The translations under genes were made by a program, and so were the position numbers. The notes under the pieces are model-generated. The model was not told the origin of the DNA. It ran no database searches and was given only the letters and a program-made list of their open reading frames with translations. A DNA stretch of 63,882 nt, the filler included, from Octopus bimaculoides (Eukaryota), in the NCBI RefSeq assembly GCF_001194135.2. It is 5 parts of 5 records of this genome, joined end to end, with 100 filler letters (N's around TTAATTAATTAA, not from the genome) between each part and the next. Parts side by side here need not be neighbours in the genome. Positions count along the whole stretch, not along the records: positions 35,079 to 59,994 come from NC_068993.1; 4 more parts are not named here. One strand, 5' to 3'. Shown piece by piece: positions 40,561-54,030 of this stretch; within the stretch, counting starts at the first letter, position 1; each line of letters begins with the position of its first letter.

Positions 40561-40639
40561 AGGGGACGTAAACATACCAACATCCGTAGTCAAGCGCTAT
40601 TGGGGTGACAAACATAGACACACAAATATATACATTTTT

Positions 40640-41770
40640 AGAAATACATTTACCTGAGATTTCAGGACCTGCTCGAATTCACTTATATCTCTCTTTTCTG
40701 GTCTTCTCTTTTATGCTTGCATTCTGAATGCCAGAGCCTTTATTGATTCCTATAAGTTCGTTCTCTCTAAATATATTTTACAACTATGTCAACGTGTACC
40801 ACTCCGGAATTTGAGGTCTTCAGTGACTTTTACATATTTACCAAACTCTATCCCGATGTCATTAGTGAATGCTTACACAGTATGTAATAGGCCTTCAAGC
40901 TTATCATTGTCTTTGAAGTTAGCCATATAAAATAGATGGCATATTTCCTTTTTGTCATTTTTATGACCATACCCTGTTCTGATAAGTTCACTTATAAGGG
41001 GTATTAGAGCTATGCAGAAATATTAAAAATCAAAATCTTACAGTTGATGCTGTTGTTGTTTGAAGTTAGTCAGAATGATGTAATTGGAGATTCGTATTCC
41101 ACAATGACATACTATTGAGCAAGTTTGAAATTACAGGGGAAATTTTGAAGATATCCGGAGGTTTCAGGTTCAATGAATACCGTGTGCTCTAATCAATCCA
41201 TGCGGAACTGAGATTTCTGTGCTTGTTGTGACAGTTCCAAGGGATCATGCAATTAATATGAAGCTTGTCAGCCTTTTCGTTCAGTGGGGAAAATATCGTT
41301 CTCCTCCATAAATGCATAGAGGATAGAGGTTAAAATGTTATAAGTGGTGCATAAACTTGATAGCCAGTCCGGTGTTTACTCAGGATCTCTTATAATTTCA
41401 TTGAACAATAGAAGGAACATCTCATGTGCGCACGAGAGGGATAATGCCACTGAAATGTTTTCCATGAGTGTTCTATAAACTTTTGATAGGATCCACCTGT
41501 GAATCAGATCCAATCTGCATTTTCACTGTATGTCTTTTCACCACTCCAAGTCTTTTTCCTAAAGGGTTCAAATCCTTCGATGCAAGGTGGTTCTTGAATG
41601 TTTATTTTCACCGATTTCGTTGTAGAATGTTTCGGCATAAGATTTGAACAACTTATTTACATTCTAAAAAATGTTTATTTCCCCCAAATCTTCGTCTTCT
41701 TTGAGCCTTTATTTGAACCTTTTGCTTCATTGTTTCTTTCGTTGATATCAGTTGTCTTGAACTAAATGAT
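40640..41770 (-). mobile_element. Degraded R4/Dong-like reverse transcriptase core
   Basis: Minus-strand residual motifs ETMKQKVQIKAQRRRRF, AFMEENDIFPTE, CHNKHRNLS and CHLFYMAN(F)KDNDKLEGLLHTV..FTNDIGIEFG (decayed YMDD). Confidence 0.7.
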
Positions 41771-41843
41771 ATCTGCGTACACACACGCACACAAACAAAC
41801 ACGCGAGCACACACACACATGCACGCACGCACACATATACATG

Positions 41844-41889
<46 letters not shown>

Positions 41890-42457
41890 CACAAACAGAG
41901 ATTCAGACGTAAACGCATGTGCAAATATGGATACACAGCATACAAAGACAACATGGACAAAAGAGAACAGGAAGATACACTTCTGGTAGAAGAGACGCTG
42001 AAGAAGAGGTCATTGGTGTGTGATGAAAGATTTCCAGACAAAGGACATATGATAAAATAGGAACAATAAGAAACGAGGGAAGAATGAATATATGGTACGT
42101 CTGTTTATTTGACAACAAAAAATACCATCCTGAAATATAATTATATACAATCATATATATATGTATCTATATATATATCTATATCTATATANNNNNNNNN
42201 NNNNNNNNNNNNNNNNNNNNNNNNNNNNNNNNNNNNNNNNNNNNNNNNNNNNNNNNNNNNATATATATATATATATATATATGTCTGTGTCTGTACGTAT
42301 GTGTATGTGTAAAATATACGTATATTTATATGCAGATAGATAGATAGATAGATAGATAGAAAAAAGATATATTAAGATGGACATTCCCGTTGAGGACAAT
42401 GTATGAGCGTTCCGCTTCTTGCCAAACGACCTGCACAAATGTTACAGTCTGTCAGAC

Positions 42458-42502
42458 GAGGCCTGATGAATGCCAATAGACATGAAAGTACGTACTCGCT
42501 TT
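42458..42502 (+). ncRNA. Candidate minimal type I hammerhead ribozyme (Penelope-like element or retrozyme type)
   Basis: GAGGC-CUGAUGA (42463-42469), imperfect stem II (AUG.C/G.CAU), GAAA (42484-42487), palindromic GUACGUAC stem III, UC cleavage site, then GCUUU pairing back to GAGGC. Confidence 0.55.
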
Positions 42503-42780
42503 TATATATTTGATTCTCTATATTTAATACTCAATATTTCATATATTCAATAAGATTTTCAATACTTCATTTCATTTTACCATTTATATTATATTATATA
42601 TTCCATATTCTATATCCCACATTAATTTTATAAAAATACAAATAAAACAAAAACAAAAAAAAGACAGACTAAGTTGGAACTCTTTTAAATAACATATTCC
42701 TCTATACACGATCATACAAAACCCTTCTTTGTATATATTTTTTAAATTTAAATTTTTATTTTGTATATTTATTTTTATTT

Positions 42781-42836
<56 letters not shown>

Positions 42837-44049
42837 TATTTATTATAATAGTGAGGGAATAGAAAGGTAATTAAACCACTAAGTCACGGAGACTTTACCA
42901 CACTAACATCGGTTGCCAAGCGATGGTGGGGAAGAAACACACACACACACACACACACACTCACAAACACATACATACACTAACACACACATACGCACAC
43001 TCACCCACACAAACACACACATATGTGTGTGTATGTGTCATAAAGATATATCTTTTATAAAATGTATGGATGACACAGTTCCGGTAGTTGTTCAACCAAA
43101 TTCGGTAGAGTTTTTGAACTTACAACTACAAAATATGCTGTAAGTATAATAATAAGAAGCCTGTACATTTTATATAGTACATGCGTATAATGCAAGTATC
43201 AAATAGACTGTATGAATATAGCAAATGAGATTAAAAAAACATTGATGACCTATTTAGTATACAAAGTTTAGATGCAAGAGGAAGGAAAAAAGTTACATTG
43301 AAGTCATTTATAGATTTTCCTCGTTGTCTTGATGGTGTCAGTCTAGTCAAGCGAAAAATATTCGGTCAACATCAAAGTTATGAGATTCTATCGGCTTTTG
43401 GTGGAACTATGAAACAAGAAATGTTTAAATGACCACATCGTAATGTAAATTGTTTGAAAGGATAGTAAAGAACTATGAGAAGAAATAGGAGAAAAAATAT
43501 TATAGTGAAAACACAGGTGTTAAGATAGTTATATAGAGATAGGGAGTAAAAGAGGTAAGAGAGGAGGAGGGAACAGGGAAATGGAAGGTAGGAGAGAGTA
43601 AGAAACGTTAACGAGCGTTGAGAACATAGATACCGAATATGACATGCGCAAAGAAAGAAATACGGAAACTACATAGAAAGGTATTTGATGAAAGCGTAAA
43701 CTAAAGATATACATTCATATTACGTATCTATTCATACTTCTGTCTAACTATATATTTTTCTTCATATTACGGATTTATTCATATTTCTGTCTATTTATTT
43801 TTCTGTCTATTTCTATATTCATTCGTGAAAATACATTAGGACAATGAGATATAAAGCTTGGAGCAACTGGAACATAAAAATATTTTAGAAATATATACAG
43901 AAGTATCCTAACTGAGCAAAAGGAAATCACAGTGGTTTGAAGTGCATAAACACCACACAAGGCCAGTTTCGTTTTCCAGTAATATTGGTGTATATGCGTG
44001 TGTATGTTTTCGTGTGTGTTTCAATGTGTGGGTATATGTATGTGTTTCT

Positions 44050-44081
<32 letters not shown>

Positions 44082-44088
44082 AATGATG

Positions 44089-44141
<53 letters not shown>

Positions 44142-44143
<2 letters not shown>

Positions 44144-44455
44144 GCGAAATGGGCTGATTACTACCTAGCTCAGATACAAGGAAACCCCAAAATGGCTGAA
44201 GTTCAAAAGATAGTGCTCATTTGAACTGCCCACATCCTACGTAAAATACTGTCTATGTGATCTCAAATTTTAAAACAAACACCTAATTTTCTTATGGTTT
44301 CTTAAACATTCTCTAGAACAACACTATGTACAAATCCAAATATATGGTACCCTAACCCTAACCCTACATGAACTTCTAACTTGTTGTCTCTTGAGGTCTG
44401 TGGGTGAGACTTGGAACCAATTTGTACAAATGCAAAGCAAAAGTCTAACATGAAA
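44142..44455 (+). mobile_element. 5'-truncated R4/Dong-like subfamily 3
   Basis: YLAQIQGNPKMAEVQKIVLI*TAHILRKILSM* plus a distinct 3' UTR; (AAT)n on both sides. Confidence 0.7.
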
Positions 44456-44481
44456 TAATAATAATAATAATAATGATAATA

Positions 44482-44818
44482 CCCTAAAAGAAATGGAGAA
44501 ACTTTCAAAATATAAAGGCCTGGAAATAGAGGTAACTCGGATGTGGAATCTAAAAACAGAAACAATTCCTATCATAGTAGGCGCCTTAGGTATAATAAAA
44601 AAAATATTCAGACAAATACATAACAAAAACAGCAGGACTTACAAATATATATATAAGATACAGAAAATTGCACTACTGGGATCTGCACACATCCTACACA
44701 AAACACTTTCAATACAGTAACCATAAGAGCATCACAGCAAACCACAGCACATACCCAAGGCACACAGAGCTGCGCTCGGTAGTGAAATGAAAGCACGTTA
44801 TAAAAATAAAACTACTGA
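44482..44818 (+). mobile_element. 5'-truncated R4/Dong-like subfamily 2
   Basis: KEMEKLSKYKGLEIEVTRMWNLKTETIPIIVGALG...IQKIALLGSAHILHKTLSIQ*; (AAT)n on both sides. Confidence 0.85.
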
Positions 44819-44854
44819 ATAATAATAATAATAATAATATTAATAAAAATATTA

Positions 44855-44888
<34 letters not shown>

Positions 44889-45699
44889 TTTCAAAGGATT
44901 GACGTAACTCTTCACAAAGTTAAACAACCAAGACGAAAAGCCTGATGCGATTGCAATAGATGTTTTATTGGTTGAAGGATATTTTGACAACAAGCCTCTC
45001 TTTGTCGAGTTCAAAATCAAAAGTGATAAAAATTCAAATTTATAGATATGCAAATCTAAAATATGGACGAAACCGAACAGCGTTTACACGTTGATGGAAT
45101 GACATCAGCAGTCTTCAAGTTTCAATTTTTCAACCGGCAAAAAGAAAAAGAAGGAATAAAGAGAAAAAAAGAAAGAAAAAAGAGAAAAAAAGAAAGAATA
45201 AAGACGAAGAATATTTAATGAAACAATTTTGTGTAAATTTGATGAAATTCTCCTATTGTTTCATTTTCTGAGAATATTCACTTTGAAGTCTTCAAAATTG
45301 CAGCCGTTTGATGCAAAATGTTTGTCGATTTCTATCGAACTACTGTAATTTTGCCTGACTTCATATCTGTGCCCATTAAATCTTTTGTTTAATTGTTCAG
45401 GATTATGATTCCAAACTACTTTCAGATATGCTCAAAACATCTTAAAAAACCTGCAAAACCATAAGTACATTAATTCCAAGCGGCTTCACTTAGTTCAAAA
45501 TATAGTGATTGTCATGCACTTGTGCATAAGCTTCCTATTAGCCTCCTCTTAATACATATTGCGTCTACAGGATGTAACCTCGTTAGAGACTCAGTGCGTA
45601 ACAATGGAAGTACTATTGTATATGTTATTAGGTACAAATTTTATAGGAATGTAGACTTTTGTACATGTATTTATCCAAAATTATGACGGACTCTCCGGT

Positions 45700-45955
45700 T
45701 GAAGACGACGTATGATCGACCTGCACAAATGATTTGTTAATAGTCATCAAAAGTTCACGCTAATCATTAGCGCACTCTCTTCTTCAAATCGACGTTGTCT
45801 AAACAGGTGTAGGGTGTGCCACGCGTGAAGTGTCGAAGTTATTGCAGAGCATTGTGAAATGAAGTTTTTCTCAAGAAAACAACGCACCACCCTGTCTACG
45901 AATTGAAATTACGATCCACCGATCGTCAGTGCAATACCCTAACCATTACGTCCTC
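45700..45955 (-). mobile_element. Degraded tRNA-derived SINE-like element
   Basis: Reverse-complement tRNA-like head (gaattgaaattacgatccaccgatcgtcagtgcaataccctaaccatt). Confidence 0.5.
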
Positions 45956-46102
45956 CTCTCTCAAAAATATACGCGAAACATATTTCATAAATATCAGGAA
46001 AAGAATTTGATTTATAAAGTAAACTTAGATAATATTGTATTATAAAAATGTTGCTTTATTGATTCTCTTTGACTCTGTAATATTTTCTGCTCATTAACAC
46101 AG

Positions 46103-46166
46103 TGGGAAAATCAAAAAAATTGATTGCCGAGTTCATGCAGAATTATCTATATGCTCACTGTGTTGA
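46103..46166 (+). CDS. Candidate terminal exon finishing the C-type lectin (GKIKKIDCRVHAELSICSLC*)
   Basis: Acceptor tattttctgctcattaacacag; phase-2 reading gives G......C.......IC, like a CTL C-terminus. No connecting middle exon was found and it lies beyond a scaffold linker. Confidence 0.25.
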
Positions 46167-46539
46167 ATTTTTCTGGTGTCCCAATTTCGCATTTGTTGTC
46201 AGTGAACCACCATGCGTTCTCTAATTAACATGTATCTTTGATCCATATATCTTTCGCTGCACCCAGAGAATGATATAATATAAATATTTTTTCTCTGTAA
46301 GTCCTGAAATATTCTATTTTAATTTAATACTTTGCATATTTGTGCCACGGAACTCTGAGCCTTCACATATATTGACATAAATTTCTGAAATTGGCCATTT
46401 TTAACTGTCGGATTTTGTCTAACATTGGTACAAAGTTGGTCATTTGTTGAATGCTGCTTGTTTTGCTTTTAACTATGTTTTGTTTTTCGGGCCCACCACA
46501 TAAAATGCGTACGCATTTTAATAGTTCATAACTCACAAT

Positions 46540-47520
46540 TTTCATTTCTTTCGAAATTTAGTCTATGAGAAATAATGAAGTCAGCCAGATAAACATTTCA
46601 ACAGTATTAGATAATGATAAACACAAAAGAAGAGAAAATACACTTCAGGAGGACGTTTCAAGCAGTTCCACCTCCGCAACGTATCAGATAGAACTCTAAG
46701 AATGTTTGCGAGAATTGTTCTGAAAGGTCATAGATATCAAGGAGACCATCAAAGCAAGACTGAGTACTATAAGACTATTGCCAGTCTTCAAGTGGATCTG
46801 AGCAGCTAGCGTGTCTTGAGATAAATATTTCAAAATCTAGCATTCATCGCAATTTGAAGTGCTGTCATAGAAAAAGTTATATTCCAAGAATTGTCTCTGT
46901 TCTTAGTGAAGACGACCTAAATCGAAGAGGGCAGTTTTGCGAATGAAAGTTAGCAAAATGTGTAGAAGTTGCACACTTTGCAGCAATGATTATATGAAGT
47001 GATTTAAATTATATGACTCGATTGCTGTCACAGTTGCACCGACTGGGGTTATGAGTAACAGATTCCTACGAAGCAACACCATATTAATTTAGCCCTAAAT
47101 ACAGTGTGGCGCAGCTTATCATCAAACGGAGGAAACGGGTTAATTGAGGCAATTGACATCACTCAAACAGTTTATCACGTCAAGCATTCATATAGTCTTT
47201 CAAGATGTGTTTTTCATCCTGCAAGATGGGGCACCACCATACCACTATAGTAATGAAATCTTGTCAAGGGGGTGAATTAGATAAAGAGGTTCAGTAGAAT
47301 AACCTCTACATTTACCGGGCCTTAACTATTAAACGTTTTGGTGGGAGATACTTACAAAATGAGGTGTATATTACTTGTATACAACCGGCAATAGTCGTTG
47401 AATGTGAAAGCGTAAAATTCCTGACAGAAATATTTCCTGACGTTTACGATATCATAAGTTCGATTCATGAGCTGTGCGCGGTTCACAACGGCACCCTGCG
47501 TTCATGAAGAAATTAAACAC
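46540..47520 (+). mobile_element. Degraded Tc1/mariner-superfamily transposase
   Basis: Residual motifs ISKSSIHRNLK, SEDDLNRRGQFCE, FILQDGAPPYH and a GRYLQNEVY-like segment, with many stops and frameshifts. Confidence 0.7.
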
Positions 47521-47671
47521 AGTCTGTAAATTCTATTTAATATCAATAGGAAATGTATTTTAAAAGGTCTAATTTTATTATTGAATCTGAGTATGCATTT
47601 TTGGAGAAAAAAATTATTTCTCTCTCTTCCTCTCCCTCACTTTCTCTCTCTCTCCTCTCTCTCTCTCTCTG

Positions 47672-47744
<73 letters not shown>

Positions 47745-48275
47745 TCATAGTTTAATGAAGGATGTATTTCCTTAGCAGATATCCAGGCGAGTGCGATCTA
47801 CTTTACATCAATCTTAGNNNNNNNNNNNNNNNNNNNNNNNNNNNNNNNNNNNNNNNNNNNNNNNNNNNNNNNNNNNNNNNNNNNNNNNNNNNNNNNNNNN
47901 NNNNNNNNNNNNNNNNNNNNNNNNNNNNNNNNNNNNNNNNNNNNNNNNNNNNNNNNNNNNNNNNNNNNNNNNNNNNNNNNNNNNNNNNNNNNNNNNNNNN
48001 NNNNNNNNNNNNNNNNNNNNNNNNNNNNNNNNNNNNNNNNNNNNNNNNNNNNNNNNNNNNNNNNNNNNNNNNNNNNNNNNNNNNNNNNNNNNNNNNNNNN
48101 NNNNNNNNNNNNNNNNNNNNNNNNNNNNNNNNNNNNNNNNNNNNNNNNNNNNNNNNNNNNNNNNNNNNNNNNNNNNNNNNNNNNNNNNNNNNNNNNNNNN
48201 NNNNNNNNNNNNNNNNNNNNNNNNNNNNNNNNNNNNNNNNNNNNNNNNNNNNNNNNNNNNNNNNNNNNNNNNNNN

Positions 48276-48655
48276 GTTGTCAAAGATCATGAAGGAAAAA
48301 TGCTTTCTAATTGATGTATCAATACCAGCAGATGACAACGTTTCCATAAAAGAAATGGAGACACTTTCAAGATACAAAGAACTGGAAATAGAGGTAACTC
48401 GAATGTGGAATCTAAAAACAGAAGCAATTCCTATCATTGTAGGTGCCTTAGGTATAATAAAAAATATTCAGACAAATACATAACAAAAACACCAGGACTT
48501 ACAAATATATATAACATACAGAAAATTGCACTACTGCACACATGCTACGCAAAACGCTTTCAATACAGTAAAACCACAGCACATACCCAAGGCACACAGA
48601 GCTGCACTCGGTAGTGAAGTGAAATCAAGTTATAAAAATAAAATTACTGAATATT
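48276..48655 (+). mobile_element. R4/Dong-like subfamily 2 3' end
   Basis: KCFLIDVSIPADDNVSIKEMETLSRYKELEIEVTRMWNLK; highly similar to 44482-44818, with a degenerate AAT tail. Confidence 0.85.
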
Positions 48656-48847
48656 AATAATAATCATAATATTAATAACAATACATATATGCATATACAG
48701 CAATGTTGTTATAAGTTGTCCCTTATGTATGTACTTATTTAAATACAGATGTATATAGGCACATATATACATATAAGAAGTATGAGAGAGAGAGAGAGAG
48801 AGTAAGTGTGTGGGAAAGAGAGAGAGAGAATGAGAGAGAGAGAGAAT

Positions 48848-48878
<31 letters not shown>

Positions 48879-51817
48879 CGTGTGACATAACCTCAGCGAT
48901 TCCATCTGGAAGCCATTAAAGACAAAATGCTCTTACTGATTCGAAGTCAGTCTCTTCTAATGATAACAACTGAAATTGCAAAATATTAACGTTGTCGATG
49001 AAAGTATTGAGAAGAAAAAGATTCATTTATGACCTTGAATTTAATGCTTCAATAGCTTACACTCGAGTTAGTGTCCCAAAATTTAAAGGAATTGTTTCAT
49101 TACCTTATTTATGCTTATTATTAACTTCTCCTTGAAAAAATATGTGTTCATCGATCTTCCTTTAATTTGTTTGAAAGAATAAAGACTATTGCAATACCAA
49201 CTCTTTAAAGTATATATCAAAGCGGAAAGAAAGCACGCTAAATTGCATATGAATAATAAAACACCATAACAAAGATAAAACAAAAATACTCTCCTGGCGT
49301 TAACAGAAAGCACCGCATGGCTAAAGTCTAATTAAAAATAGGTGAAGCAGAAACCGTATGACAAAAGCTCGATTAAATGAGCGAAGAAAGGATGGTATGC
49401 CAGGAAGACGAAAGAAATTGAAATCATGGAAGATAATGTATATTAAAATGTATCGCTTTCTAAGATGCAATACTGCTGTAGGGAATAACTCACGGCACAA
49501 AGCTAGGGATTTTCGGTAAGAATAAGAGAAAGAAGTAAAAGTTTCTAAACCAATAAAATTTGAATGTGAAGCATCAAACCATTGCTCGCCTTATACTCTA
49601 AACTGAAGTAGAAATCTTGTAAAAAGCAAATTTGAATTTTTTCTAGTCAATAATTTCTCTGACAGTATTACAAATTACAACAATGTCATGTTTATAATTT
49701 CTTTAGGTTGCCGGGAAACCACAATATCAAATATCGATCCAATATCAAAATTGCGTGGCGAGGTTTATGACAGAATTAGGCCACATCAAATGTTTTCTCA
49801 TATTTACTTTAACGACATGCTGCACGAAACAACAAAAGCTGTAAAACATCTAGATTGCGAACTCTAATGTGATAACAAAATTGCACAATGTCTTACATCG
49901 TTTCGATTCATATTTAGTGTTTTTTCTGCCAATAATTTACTTGACAATATGATAAGTTACATTAATACCTTGGCCTTAGCTTCCCTCAGTTGCCAGGAAA
50001 CCACAATCCAATAACAAAATTGCATGGAAAGGTTTATCGCAGAATTAGCTGACAAACTCCATTACAAAAGCTACATTCAAAATTTGCCCAGATGTTCTTT
50101 ATCGACATGCTGTGAGAAAAATCCAGCTTTGAATTTTGATTTGACATCCAAATCTTAAGAATGGTTATGTTGTTTCATTCTATATGTTAGAAACTTCAAG
50201 TATGGTTTTAATCTCCACAAGTGAAACTGAGAGTCTAACATGCCAACTACGAGAGAATTAGCAATTCCTGCAGTTCTGAAACACCTGGAAGAATTCATAG
50301 AATTCCTGAGATTTTCCAGTTAAACATAAGCAAATTCTTTTACAAAACCATCATTGTTCTACTTTATCTCCTATACTTAATTCAATATAATTTTTAGTTT
50401 TCTTAGATTTTATTAATGTTTTTTTCTGGATTATATTGTTTATCTATACCATCATTACTAATGGCACTGCTTTGAATTGATCTGTGAATATGAAGTCCAA
50501 TTTGTCTCATCGGATAAAAGTTGCTGCTGCTCTCGAATATAACTTTAATTCTTGCCTATTTGAAGCGTTAAGTGTTTGATAACTTTTAAGTCTGCAAATA
50601 TTAAACATTTCAGTAATGCGAGTTTTAATGACATTCTTATTTCTATGTCTGATATCGTTCTGTCACGTAAAAAGTATTTCTAGAGATCTTTTTCTGTACT
50701 ACTATATTAAGCTTATTAGTGAAGTTTGGTTCATGTTATCGACCTCATTATTATTTTCCCTCTGGGTGCACTCTTTATCTATATAACTTCCTTATTCGTC
50801 CTTGACGGACAGCTATCGTCACAAGGATCTGGTATACCGTTGTCACTTTTCCACTTTCTCTTCTTGCTCAATTTCAAAATAGAGTTTCTAACATAAATGA
50901 CCCTCTTTAAGAGCCAATCTTCAACTCCTTTTTCATCGAAGGCATATTGCTTCCTTTATCAATGATTCCATGATCATCTTTCAGTCGGAAATTGTTTGCG
51001 AATTCCAACCCTGTCACTGCTTTGGTCAAATCCTACAAAAAGTGTTTCTTCTATAATAGTTTCTTTAGAAAAATGTATTTTATTTCTTTGAAATAGTTTC
51101 TATTTCTTTGAAATCTTGTATTGGTCATTTCAAGGGCTGTTCCTCGTTATACATTTTTTTTACTTTAGTTTGCAAATTCTAATATATATATATATTATTG
51201 CTTGAAGTCTACTTTGTTGCCGATTGCTTGCCTCCTCATGGGAGTAACTATTAATAAAAATAAAATGTGGGCCTACTACGTACGAACAAACTCTTAAATT
51301 AAATTAAACATTCAACTAGGGAGGGAAATGAGAATTTCTGTTCAAATTTTTCCGTCCGTAGGGCAGGTATTCCGTTAGTAGACAAAATATATACAACTTT
51401 TGAAAATTCATAAATAAATTGTAATATTGGTGAAGCTCAAGAGAATAAGTATTTCAGAAAATGAGAAAATATTGTAAGTTATTAGACTGATGTTGTTTAC
51501 ATACGAAGTGAAATGCTGCGGTATATGGAGAAACATATCTTTACAAATACACGTATATGCACAAGAAAAATTTTACGCTACTGATACAATCATACACACA
51601 TACATATATAGACTTGAATGTACATATATTCATAGAGACATTACACAGGTATACATGTATTTATATACTTATACGCACACTTATATAATTATATTCTTAC
51701 ATACAATAATACATGATTATATTTTGTAATATGACGTGTCAGTTGGTATACATACGTATACGTATAAACACAGGTCCATACATTTAAACATACATACAAA
51801 CAGAAATACACACACAT

Positions 51818-51895
<78 letters not shown>

Positions 51896-52185
51896 AATGT
51901 ATGCGTGTGTATGCTTGTGTGAGTATATATGGATGTATGCGTGTGTTTCTGTACCTCTGTTTGTATGCATAAATATAAGCACCTATGTTTATACGCATGT
52001 GTATGTATACGGACAGACACATCTAATTATAAAATATATTGATGTATTATTGTATGTAAGAACATAATTATATAAGTGTGCGTATAAGTATGATTGTATG
52101 TATGTATGTACGTACGTACGTATGTATGTATGTATGTATGTGTGTATGTACGTACGTACGTATGTATGTATGTAACTCTATTTAT

Positions 52186-52239
<54 letters not shown>

Positions 52240-53499
52240 AGAGAGAGAGAAAGAGAGAGATACATAGATAGATAATTAGATAGATACATAAATACATCTC
52301 TTTGTGTGTGAATGTGTATATTTTTGCCTACGTGTATGCGTATCTGTCTCTATTGAGCTTATTCATTCTATTTTAAATTTCTCGTCAACATTTCATTCGA
52401 TATACACAATAAAAGTCCCCCATCCCCACTAACAATCCGACAATTTCCAAAACTACTATATCCCATCACTATGTCCAACAACTACCATAACAATATACAA
52501 GTATAACTGTAAAAGCTAACAACCACAACAACAACAATTACACGTTCGTGTGCTTTTAGTGACTTTATCAAAGATGCTACTAAGTCAGTGCATTCTGTTT
52601 ATAGCTTCCAATTCCCCAAGGAATAAATTTTTGTAGACATCTTTACCGTAAATATATCTTAGATTTTCGTTATCAGATATAAAACAGACATACAAGAATG
52701 TATTTTTATAGAGTCTAATGTTTATAGTGTTGGTAAAATGGCTGGATAGTAACGATTCGAAGTTGACATTTAACACACTGGCCACTTCTCTTGGCATCAA
52801 ATAGAAGCTAGACGGATATATAACGCATCCATTGTTTGGTAAGTGGTCAACATATTAGTGAAAGAAAGAAAAAACTAAATAAATAGATGCATCGCATGAG
52901 TGTATTCTAATGTCATATAATTCTGTAAGATAGTGGTGGTTACTACTATTGACAGTGAGACTAATTGAACTAAAACGATTCTACGACGTGTGCCCCCTTC
53001 ATATATACAAGTTAAGAGTTTGAGAAAATCATAAGAACCAGCCTTCTCTTTCTCTCTTTCTCTCTCAATCTCACCCCTTCACTCCATTTTCTGTCTAAGT
53101 TTATATCTTAAGTGTGTGTGTATAGTGATGAGTGTATATAAGTATGTGTTTGTTTGGTGTGTGCTGTTCCATGTGCGTTTATGTGCACGTATTTCACTAT
53201 GCATTAAATATTTGCCTACTATTTAGTCTAGGCGTCTCGATGGCATTACATTCAACGGAATGTCTCTACTAGAGTTGAACATTTTAGATCACTCGCTGAT
53301 ATATGCAATATTTGTCACGAAATTACAGGGCCTCTTATTTTTCTTAATCTGTATTTGATTGGAAAATAATATATTGTTTAGTTTCGAGCAAGTATAATAT
53401 AATTGGCGTTTTGATCAGAGTGGATATTAAATAGTCTTTCTGTTAGACGAGTGTATGAAGGTATGTGCTCGCTTGTTACTTGCGGTACTGTCAGAAAAG

Positions 53500-54030
53500 G
53501 AATCATTTCCAGTAGAAATGTTTTAGTGGATTCTTGTTAAAATCTTCGTTGCTCCTTGCGTTTTGTAGAATCTTTTTGTTGGATAATTGGCTTGGAATGT
53601 CTGGGTTACAGATCAATGGAGGTGGTATGAAGAAGGTAAAGATCGGGTGGGATGTTTTATCGTCACAGATATGTGCGTTCTAATAGTTAAGGGTAAATAA
53701 GTCTTTAATGTACACAAGAATAAAAGAAATGACCAGATGTGACAGAGTGAATATTAGAGAGAGCGCCGGATGTGTTGGATGTTGTGGTGTTATAGGGCAG
53801 GAGTCTCTCAAGCTCTAGACATGAGAGAGAGTAGATTCCACAAACGGGTAGCTTAGCTCGGGGAATTCCATAAATGCTTTGTTGATGTCGAGTGCAATAT
53901 ATTTCATTAAAAAAATAGAGAAAAACTTCTCATAGGAGGAAGAGATCATTGGTGAGTGACATTCAAGAGGAGGGCATATTAGAGGACCGTAATGGTTGCT
54001 GCTGAGGAAAGATTTGAATGGTTGGGGTAT
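53500..54030 (+). mobile_element. Possible highly decayed RTE-type LINE C-terminal remnant
   Basis: Traces resembling KRND.M and ERRMCWMLWC (compare ER.MLRWMCGV); many stops. Confidence 0.25.

Noticed and set aside
40020-40621. Poly-I/V/Y/C/S/R ORFs
   Set aside because: These are translations of (AAT), (CAT), (TGT) and (TCT) arrays flanking Dong fragments.
44908-45045. LFTKLNNQDEKPDAIAID...FVEFK resembling a PD-(D/E)xK nuclease motif
   Set aside because: It is only about 45 codons, with no start, splice support or flanking homology; likely chance.
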